DNA from: Thermodesulfobacteriota bacterium
Lineage (GTDB): Bacteria > Desulfobacterota_D > UBA1144 > Nemesobacterales > Nemesobacteraceae
DNA length: 64,000 nt
Assembly: GCA_965204795.1 (NCBI GenBank)
Contig: OZ242012.1
Span: 355,861-419,860, forward strand
Direction of reading: 5' to 3'
The notes under the pieces are model-generated. The model was not told the origin of the DNA and searched no databases. It saw nothing but the letters and a program-made list of their open reading frames with translations. A program made the position numbers and the translations under genes. This document shows positions 56,107 through 64,000 of this stretch, piece by piece. Positions within the stretch are counted from its first letter, which is position 1. Every line of letters begins with the position of its first letter.

Positions 56107-59028
56107 TTGAAAGAAGACAGCGGAATTTACGAAAGGGAGGATTTTTTCGCGTCGAGGCACATTGGCCCCTCCCCGCGGGAGCGGGACGCCATGCTCTCGG
56201 AAATAGGGGCGGACTCGATGCGCGGCCTCGTGCGGGAAACCGTTCCCCCGGACCTGCTCTTCGAGGGCGATCTCGATCTTCCCGCCCCGATGACCGAAAG
56301 CGGCTACCTCGCCCACATGAGGAAGATCGCCCGCCGAAACGGGACGTTCCGCTCCTACATAGGGCTCGGCTACTACGGCTGCGTGGTTCCCTCCGTCATA
56401 TCGAGAAACATCCTTGAGAACCCCAGCTGGTACACGCAGTACACCCCCTACCAGGCGGAAATCTCCCAGGGGCGCCTCGAGGCGCTCCTGAACTTCCAGA
56501 CCATGGTCTCGGAACTCACGGGCATGGAGCTCGCAAACGCCTCGCTGCTAGACGAGGCGACCGCAGCGGCCGAGGCGATGACCATGTTTCTCAGGCTCCG
56601 AAGCGGGGAGCGGGGAAAAAACGCGGCCTCGCGCTTTTTCGTCTCCCGCGGATGCTTTCCCCAGACCGCAGACGTGCTGGCGACCCGCGCCGGGCCGCTC
56701 GGAATAACCCTGGTAGAGGGCGACGAGAACGACGCGGAGCTCGACGAAAGCTTTTTCGGAGCCCTGATTCAGTATCCCGACGCCTTCGGCGAAGTGAGGG
56801 ACTGCTCGGAGTTCATGGAGCGCGCGCGCGCTGCCGGGGTGAAAGTCGCCTTCGCCGCGGACCTCATGAGCCTCGCGCTTCTCGTTCCCCCCGGGGAGCT
56901 TGGAGCCGACGCCGTCGTCGGAACCTCGCAGAGACTCGGGGTGCCGGTCGGCTACGGGGGGCCCCACGCCGCGTACTTCGCCACCCTGCGCCGGTTCCAG
57001 AGACAGGTGCCGGGAAGGATAATAGGGGTGTCTCTCGACAGGGACGGAAATCCCGCCTGCAGGATGGCGCTCCAGACCAGGGAGCAGCACATACGCAGGG
57101 AGAAGGCCACGTCGAACATATGCACCGCCCAGTCCCTGCTCGCCATAATGTCGTCCATGTACGCCGTGTACCACGGTCCGGGCGGGCTTCGGCGCATTTC
57201 GAGGAGAATAAACGCGCTGGCCAAAAGACTCGACCGGGGACTTCGCGCCATGGGGGTCTCTAGGCGAAACGGCTCGTTTTTCGACACGCTCACGGTCGAT
57301 CTTTCGGAGCTCGGGGCGGGAGCGGCGGAGACTCTTCGAAAAAACGCGCTGCGCGAGAAGATCAACTTCAGGTACCTCGAGGGGGAGAGGGTTTCCGTAT
57401 CGCTCGACGAAACCGTCACGGAGGACGACGTGGCGGACATACTGGACGTTTTTTCCCGCTCCCTGGGACTCGGGGAAAAGGCTCCCGCGGTTTCCCCGCC
57501 CGGGGCGGACGACCCGCCGTCGGTTCCCGAAAACCTTCTTCGGACCGGCGAATTCCTTCGCCAGCCGGTGTTCAACGGCCACCACTCCGAGACCCTGATG
57601 CTTCGCTACATAAAGAGCCTCGAGGGCAGGGACCTCTCCCTCTGCCACTCCATGATTCCCCTGGGGTCCTGCACCATGAAGCTCAACGGCACGACGGAGA
57701 TGGCTCCCGTCACCTGGGAGGAATTCTCGGGGATTCACCCCTTCGCTCCCGCGGACCAGGCGGGGGGATACGCCCGGGTGATACGCGAACTCGAAGACTA
57801 CCTGTGCGAGATAACGGGGCTTCACTCCTGCTCCCTTCAGCCCAACTCGGGGGCGCAGGGAGAGTACGCCGGGCTCATGGTCATACGCCGCCACTTTCTC
57901 GAGAGGGGAGAGGGGCGAAGGGACGTGGCGCTGGTTCCCTCCTCCGCGCACGGAACCAACCCGGCGAGCGCCCGGATGGCGGGAATGCGGGTCGCGGTCG
58001 TAAAGTGCCGGGACGGCGGGGACGTGGACAGGGAGGATCTTGTCCGGCTCTGCCGCGAGCACGAGGGCAGGGTGGCCGCGCTCATGATCACCTACCCGTC
58101 GACCCACGGCGTTTTCGAGACGGACATAAGGGAGATATGCGACATAGCGCACTCGAGCGGCGCGCAGGTCTACATGGACGGGGCGAACCTCAACGCCCAG
58201 GTGGGGCTCTGCCGACCGTCGCGCATGGGGGCGGACGTGTGCCACATAAACCTGCACAAGACCTTCAGCATTCCCCACGGGGGCGGGGGTCCCGGCATGG
58301 GTCCCATATGCGTCGCGCGCCACCTCTCGGAGCACCTTCCCTCCCACCGCGCCGCGGGAGGGACGGCCGGGAAAAAGTCCTGCGGGCCCGTGGCGGCCGC
58401 GCCGTGGGGAAGCGCGAGCATACTGCTCATATCCTACGGATACGTGAGGCTTCTGGGGCGCGGCGGCGTGAGGGAGGCCTCGGAGCACGCGATACTGAAC
58501 GCCAACTACCTGAAGACCAGGCTCGAGGGCCACTACGACGTTCTCTACGAGGGAGAGAACGGAAGGGTCGCCCACGAGTTCATACTCGATCTCCGCGACG
58601 CGGCCAGAAGCGCGGGCGTCACGGTCGAAGACGTCGCCAAGAGGCTAATGGACTACGGGTTTCACGCTCCCACCATGTCGTGGCCCGTGGCGGGAACGCT
58701 CATGGTGGAGCCCACCGAGAGCGAATCGAGGGAGGAGCTCGACAGGTTCTGCGAAGCGATGATAAGGATACGGGAGGAGATCCGCGACATAGCCGGGGGA
58801 AGAAGCGACCCCGCCGACAACGTCGTGAAAAACGCCCCGCACACGCTTTCGGACCTGGTTTCCCCCGGCTGGGGACATCCGTATTCGAGGGAAGAGGCGG
58901 TCTTTCCGCTCCCGCATCTCAGGAAAAACAAGTTCTGGCCGCCGGTTTCGAGGATAGACAACGCCCACGGGGACAGGAATCTCGTGTGCTCGTGCCCCTC
59001 GCCGGAGGATTTCGCCGGGGACGACTGA
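56107..59028 (+). CDS. gcvP: Glycine dehydrogenase (single-chain P protein)
   Basis: RHIGP, YTPYQAEISQGRLE, IRREKATSNICTAQ, MIPLGSCTMKLN, LHKTFSIPHGGGGPG and EPTESE. Confidence 0.97.
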   Translation: MKEDSGIYEREDFFASRHIGPSPRERDAMLSEIGADSMRGLVRETVPPDLLFEGDLDLPAPMTESGYLAHMRKIARRNGTFRSYIGLGYYGCVVPSVISRNILENPSWYTQYTPYQAEISQGRLEALLNFQTMVSELTGMELANASLLDEATAAAEAMTMFLRLRSGERGKNAASRFFVSRGCFPQTADVLATRAGPLGITLVEGDENDAELDESFFGALIQYPDAFGEVRDCSEFMERARAAGVKVAFAADLMSLALLVPPGELGADAVVGTSQRLGVPVGYGGPHAAYFATLRRFQRQVPGRIIGVSLDRDGNPACRMALQTREQHIRREKATSNICTAQSLLAIMSSMYAVYHGPGGLRRISRRINALAKRLDRGLRAMGVSRRNGSFFDTLTVDLSELGAGAAETLRKNALREKINFRYLEGERVSVSLDETVTEDDVADILDVFSRSLGLGEKAPAVSPPGADDPPSVPENLLRTGEFLRQPVFNGHHSETLMLRYIKSLEGRDLSLCHSMIPLGSCTMKLNGTTEMAPVTWEEFSGIHPFAPADQAGGYARVIRELEDYLCEITGLHSCSLQPNSGAQGEYAGLMVIRRHFLERGEGRRDVALVPSSAHGTNPASARMAGMRVAVVKCRDGGDVDREDLVRLCREHEGRVAALMITYPSTHGVFETDIREICDIAHSSGAQVYMDGANLNAQVGLCRPSRMGADVCHINLHKTFSIPHGGGGPGMGPICVARHLSEHLPSHRAAGGTAGKKSCGPVAAAPWGSASILLISYGYVRLLGRGGVREASEHAILNANYLKTRLEGHYDVLYEGENGRVAHEFILDLRDAARSAGVTVEDVAKRLMDYGFHAPTMSWPVAGTLMVEPTESESREELDRFCEAMIRIREEIRDIAGGRSDPADNVVKNAPHTLSDLVSPGWGHPYSREEAVFPLPHLRKNKFWPPVSRIDNAHGDRNLVCSCPSPEDFAGDD

Positions 59029-59043
59029 GCGGGGCGGGCGGAA

Positions 59044-59973
59044 TCAGAGCTTGGTTTCCACGTAGGAGTTTTCCCGAAGGTCGGAGAGCCAGGAGCTTAC
59101 GAACTCCTCCACCTTGCGCATGTATATCTCCTGTCTTATCCTGTTTCTGTACCGGGAGGCCGAGGCCCTGCCGTCCTCGCTTCTCTCGAGCACCTTGATC
59201 ACGTGGTAGCCGAGACCGGTCTCCACGGGTCCCGATATCTCTCCCACAGGGGTCTCGGCCGCCGCGCTCTCGAGTTCGGGGACTAGGTCTCCCTTGGCGA
59301 AGTACCCCAGGTCTCCGCCCCTCTGCGCCGACGCCTCGTCCATGGAGTACTGCGCGGCGAGACTCTCGAAGGGCTCTCCGCCGCGGGCAAGCTCCATCAC
59401 CCTCCCGAGCACCTCGGCGGCGTCTTCTCTCTCCCGGGCGATCAGTACGTGGGCGATTCTAGTTCTCTCTCCCGAGGCCAGGTCCTCCTCCCCGTAGTGC
59501 TCCCTGTGGTGGTCCTCTATTTCCTTCTCGGTGACCGCTATGCTTCCCTGCATGGAGGAGTCGAGAAGCTTTCTTGAGAGCAGCTGGTATTTCCACTGCC
59601 GGAAAAAGCTTTTCTCGGTCATGTTCTGCTTGCGAAGCTCCTCCTCCACGCTTTTTTCGTCGAGCTTGAGGTCTTCGCGGCGCCTCTTCATGCTGGTTTC
59701 GACCTCCGCGTCGGTAACGGAGATCTTCCTCGCAAACGCCTGCTGGTCGAGCAGTATGCGGTCTATCATCTCGTCCAGGGCCTTTTTCCCGTCGACTTGG
59801 GAGATGTCGCGTGCCGAAGACCGTACGTCCTCGCGAAGCTCGCTTAGCGTGATCACCCTCTCGTTCACCACCGCCACCACCTTCTCCACTATCTCCGCTC
59901 TCGGGGCGGGGGAGTGGACAAGCGCCGCGAGGGCGAAGACCGCGAGCGCCGCCAGATGTCCGTGTGCTTTCAT
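59044..59973 (-). CDS. SurA-like parvulin peptidyl-prolyl isomerase
   Basis: Signal peptide, VAVVNERVITLSEL, and rotamase motifs FESLAAQYSMD...GGDLGYF and GYHVIKV. Confidence 0.85.
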   Translation of the reverse strand: MKAHGHLAALAVFALAALVHSPAPRAEIVEKVVAVVNERVITLSELREDVRSSARDISQVDGKKALDEMIDRILLDQQAFARKISVTDAEVETSMKRRREDLKLDEKSVEEELRKQNMTEKSFFRQWKYQLLSRKLLDSSMQGSIAVTEKEIEDHHREHYGEEDLASGERTRIAHVLIAREREDAAEVLGRVMELARGGEPFESLAAQYSMDEASAQRGGDLGYFAKGDLVPELESAAAETPVGEISGPVETGLGYHVIKVLERSEDGRASASRYRNRIRQEIYMRKVEEFVSSWLSDLRENSYVETKL

Positions 59974-62900
59974 TCGGAATCTCCCCGCGCGGGGCCTTGC
60001 TCCACCCGCGCGGACTGTACTATACGGTTTTGCCGGGGTTTTTCCACCCGCTCCGCCGCGGCCAGAAGCGCCTCGTACCTGCCCTCGGCCGGTAGTGGAA
60101 CGTCCATCCTCGCGCCGTCCCGCGCGAAGACGAGCGTCGCCTCGGTTTTCCGCACCTCGGCTTTCCTCACGAACTTGTCCCCAAGCTCGAGGCGGAGTTC
60201 CGCGACGAGAACCAGGCGGCGAAACTCCTCGGGGGCGGGGCCGAACCTGTCTTCGGTCTCCTCGGCGATCCCGCGGATTTCGCCGCGCTCGCGGGCCGAG
60301 GATATTCTTTTGTAGCAGAGAAGCCTCTCGGAGCCGCTTTCCATGTAGTCCCGCGGGATGAACGCGTCGTCCGGCGTCTTTATTTCCGTCGCGGGCTTTT
60401 CGGGAAGGCGTTTTTTTCCTTCCTTTTTCGCCCTTACGGCGTCGTTTAGAAGTTCCAGGTAGAACTCGAGTCCCACGTCCGCCACGTGTCCCGACTGCTC
60501 CTTTCCGAAAAGCGTGCCCGCTCCCCTTATCTCCAGGTCGGAGAGGGCGAGCTTGAAGCCGCTTCCGAGGTCGGTGAGGCGCGAGAGCACCTCGAGTCTC
60601 TTTCTCGCCTCCTCGGTGAGCGAGCCCGCCGACGGTACGAGAAAGTGGGCGTAGGCCTTCACGTCGGAGCGCCCGACCCTGCCCTTTAGCTGGTAGAGGT
60701 CCGCAAGCCCCATCGCGTGGGCGTCGTTCACCACTATGGTGTTCGCCCGCGGTATGTCCAGGCCGGATTCCACTATGGCCGTGGTGACCAGCACGTCGGT
60801 CTTCCCGGCGGCGAAATCCTCCATGGTCCTCGAAAGCTCCCTCTCGCCCATGCGGCCGTGCGCGACGCCCACCGAGGCCTCCGGCAGCAGCTCTCTCACG
60901 AACCTCGCCTTTTCGAATATGTCCTCTATCCTGTTGTGCACGAAAAACACCGTTCCGCCCCTGGCGATCTCCTTTTCCGCGGCGTCCCTCACCGCCCCGG
61001 GGCTGAACTCCCGCACGTACACCTCCACCGGCTGGCGGCCCTCGGGAGGGGTGTTTATCACGCTTATGTCGCTTACGTCGGCGAGCGAGAGCTGAAGCGT
61101 CCTGGGAATCGGGGTGGCCGAGAGCGTAAGCACGTCCACTCCCTTTCTGAGCGCCCTTATGGTTTTTTTGTGGGCGACGCCGAACTTCTGCTCCTCGTCT
61201 ATTATCACGAGCCCGAGATTCCTGAACCTGATCCTTTTCCCCAGCAGCTTGTGGGTTCCTATCGCGATGTCGACGGAACCGTCTTCGAGACCCCGCAGTA
61301 TCTCCTTCTCCTTCACTCCGGTGACGAAGCGCGAGAGCGCCTCCACCCTGACGGGACAGCCGTCCAGTCTTTCGAGCGCGCTCGAGAGGTGCTGGCTCGC
61401 GAGAAGGGTGGTGGGGGCGAGCAGCATCGCCTGCTTTCCGTCAAGCGCCGCCTTGAAGGCGGCGCGAAGCGCGACTTCCGTCTTTCCGAACCCCACGTCT
61501 CCGCATATGAGCCTGTCCATGGGTCTTTCCGACTCCATGTCGCGCATCACGTCCTCTATGGCGGCCGCCTGGTCGGGCGTCTCGCTCCACGGAAACGCCA
61601 TTTCGAACTCGCCGAACATCCTGTCCCTGGGCGAGAACCTAAATCCCTTCTCGAGCTTTCTCTCGGCGTAGAGCTCCACGAGGTCCTCCGCCACCCGCTC
61701 CACCGCCTTCGCGACCCGCCCCACCGTTCTTTTCCAGCCGGGGCTTCCGAGCTTCTCGACCCTCGGGGAACCGCCTCCCGCGTATTTCTGCACGAGGTCG
61801 GCCTTTTCCACCGGGACGAACACCTTGTCGCCGTCCCTGTATTCGCACTCGAGAAACTCCCCCGTTCTTCCCCCGAAGGAAAGCCTGCGAAGACCCCTGA
61901 ATATTCCAACGCCGCACTCCCTGTGAACCACGTGGTCCCCGGGCCGCAGGCTGGCGAAGGAGGTGAGAAACGCCGAAGGCGCGTCGCCCGCCTTCCACGC
62001 GGGGGCGCGCGCGGCGGTTTTTTCGAACAGGCTTTTTTCCGTGAGAAGGGCTGTCCTGAAGTCGTGAAGCGCGGTGCTTTCGAAAAGCTCCCCGACCACG
62101 TGCGAGACCCGCCCGCCCGGCCGCCCGTCGGAGAGCTTCTCGAACTTCTCCCTTTCCTTTCGCGAGGAGAAAAAGACGAAGACGTCGTAGCCCCCGGCGG
62201 CGAGATTTTCCGCTTCTTCGGCAAACGCCGCCACCGAAGGCTCCCGAAACGACACGGTCCCGGTCGAGAACCGCACAATGTTTCTTTGCCCCGCCGCTTC
62301 CGCCACGCCCGCCACTCGCGCGACCTTTTTTCCCGCGAGCTTCGCCTCAAGCTCCTCTTGCGCCAGGTAGAGCTCCCCGAACGACGGGAGGGACCTCGAG
62401 AGAGCCCCGAGAGAGCCCTTTCTCGACTCGAACTTCTCCCGGAGCCTTTCCAGCGTCCGCGCCGGGTCGAATTCCCCCGGAAGAACGACTATCAGGTCTT
62501 CGGGCGGATAGTCGAGCAGGCAGTCTTTTCGCTTCCAGAAAAACGGCGCGAACCACTCTTCTCCCCTGAAGCGGCGGCCCTGCTCCACGTCCCGAAGCAG
62601 CGGTTCCGCCTCGCTCGAGGTGAGACCCCGCCCGTCGGCCGCGCGCAGCAGCCTTTCCCGGGCGGTTTCGGCGTTTTTTCCCCGGCGAAACGCGAACGAG
62701 GCCGGAACGACGGCCGCCGCCCGGATCTTTCCCGTCGATTTCTGTGTGGAGGGGGAAAACTCCCGGACGGAATTCACTCTGTCGTCGAAAAACTCCACCC
62801 TGGCCGGAAGTTCCGCGCCCGGGGAGAACAGGTCGACTATAGCTCCCCTCACGCTCATCTGTCCCCTTCTCTCCGTGAACTCCGCCTCCCCGTAGCCGAT

Positions 62901-63380
62901 TCGGGAAAGTCTCTCGACGAGCGCGTCCCTTCCGGTCTCCGCCCCGGTCTCCACGGAGAAGCACTCGGCCTCGAAGTCGGCGGCGGGGGCCGTCGCCTCG
63001 AAAAGCGCGGCGGCCTCGGCGAATAGCACCCCCGTTTCCTTCCATCGCGCGAGGGAGTGGATTCTCTCGGGTTCGGCGATTTCCCTTTTCTCGAAAAGCG
63101 AGCGGCTTTTCTCCATTCCCCGCGACGGGAAAACCGGCGCCCGCGTTCCCCTGATGGAGGAGACGGCCACGGCCTCGCGTTCGCACTCCTCCCCGTCTTC
63201 GCAGACGCGGAGCACCCTCGCGCGGGGCGTTTCGCAGAGAAGGGAGACGACGAATCCCGGGGCGTCCCCGCGAAGGCCCACGAGGTCGACGGGACCTTCG
63301 CCGAGGGCACCGAGCAGTTTTTCGATAGCGGGATTCCGCGCGAGGGCGGAGAGTCGGATCGCGGGTCTTTCCTCGTTCAA
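59970..63380 (-). CDS. mfd: Transcription-repair coupling factor
   Basis: PGDHVVHRECGVG, MDRLICGDVGFGKTEVALRAA, DEEQKFGV, LSATPIPRTL, YQLKGRVGRS and DLEIRGAG. Confidence 0.96.
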   Translation of the reverse strand: MNEERPAIRLSALARNPAIEKLLGALGEGPVDLVGLRGDAPGFVVSLLCETPRARVLRVCEDGEECEREAVAVSSIRGTRAPVFPSRGMEKSRSLFEKREIAEPERIHSLARWKETGVLFAEAAALFEATAPAADFEAECFSVETGAETGRDALVERLSRIGYGEAEFTERRGQMSVRGAIVDLFSPGAELPARVEFFDDRVNSVREFSPSTQKSTGKIRAAAVVPASFAFRRGKNAETARERLLRAADGRGLTSSEAEPLLRDVEQGRRFRGEEWFAPFFWKRKDCLLDYPPEDLIVVLPGEFDPARTLERLREKFESRKGSLGALSRSLPSFGELYLAQEELEAKLAGKKVARVAGVAEAAGQRNIVRFSTGTVSFREPSVAAFAEEAENLAAGGYDVFVFFSSRKEREKFEKLSDGRPGGRVSHVVGELFESTALHDFRTALLTEKSLFEKTAARAPAWKAGDAPSAFLTSFASLRPGDHVVHRECGVGIFRGLRRLSFGGRTGEFLECEYRDGDKVFVPVEKADLVQKYAGGGSPRVEKLGSPGWKRTVGRVAKAVERVAEDLVELYAERKLEKGFRFSPRDRMFGEFEMAFPWSETPDQAAAIEDVMRDMESERPMDRLICGDVGFGKTEVALRAAFKAALDGKQAMLLAPTTLLASQHLSSALERLDGCPVRVEALSRFVTGVKEKEILRGLEDGSVDIAIGTHKLLGKRIRFRNLGLVIIDEEQKFGVAHKKTIRALRKGVDVLTLSATPIPRTLQLSLADVSDISVINTPPEGRQPVEVYVREFSPGAVRDAAEKEIARGGTVFFVHNRIEDIFEKARFVRELLPEASVGVAHGRMGERELSRTMEDFAAGKTDVLVTTAIVESGLDIPRANTIVVNDAHAMGLADLYQLKGRVGRSDVKAYAHFLVPSAGSLTEEARKRLEVLSRLTDLGSGFKLALSDLEIRGAGTLFGKEQSGHVADVGLEFYLELLNDAVRAKKEGKKRLPEKPATEIKTPDDAFIPRDYMESGSERLLCYKRISSARERGEIRGIAEETEDRFGPAPEEFRRLVLVAELRLELGDKFVRKAEVRKTEATLVFARDGARMDVPLPAEGRYEALLAAAERVEKPRQNRIVQSARVEQGPARGDSE

Positions 63381-63405
63381 CGTTCCGGACCGCCGTGGCG
63401 GGTTC

Positions 63406-64000
<595 letters not shown>

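Overview
Bacterial chromosomal window with a GC-rich housekeeping backbone (by eye above 60% GC). The gene order (pal-cpoB-hemL-atpI/B/E; serA-hisZ-purA) is deltaproteobacteria-like, possibly Ca. Dadabacteria (inference only). Backbone genes: atpE/B/I, hemL, cpoB, pal-like, fxsA, ispE, tRNA-Gln, pcrA/uvrD, selO, dnaE, acyl-CoA ligase, tatC, serA, hisZ, purA, phoH, purC, tRNA-Val, thrS-infC-rpmI-rplT, an EndoIII-like glycosylase, a permease, gcvTHP, surA-like, mfd and leuB. Three lower-GC defence islets interrupt it, none with an integrase or transposase. Islet 1 (about 15.3-26.8 kb) has two tandem sulfur-binding-domain/HNH (phosphorothioate-dependent) nucleases, then a tightly packed six-gene run: GHKL ATPase, unknown, unknown (DUF6339-like), PP-loop/PAPS-reductase-like Cys-rich enzyme, cysteine desulfurase and an SspE-like DUF262-DUF1524 protein. 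This resembles a sulfur-based DNA modification/restriction system lacking DndBDE and SspBC, and is the best candidate for an undescribed system. Islet 2 (about 36.5-41.2 kb) has an orphan Phd antitoxin and an OLD nuclease + UvrD (Gabija-like) pair. It is bracketed by two near-identical copies of a putative 62-64 nt small RNA, each with its own sigma70-type promoter and terminator. Islet 3 (about 49-54.5 kb) has an AlbA_2/Schlafen-HATPase gene divergent from a second Gabija-like pair. All family assignments come from motif recognition by eye; no searches were run.
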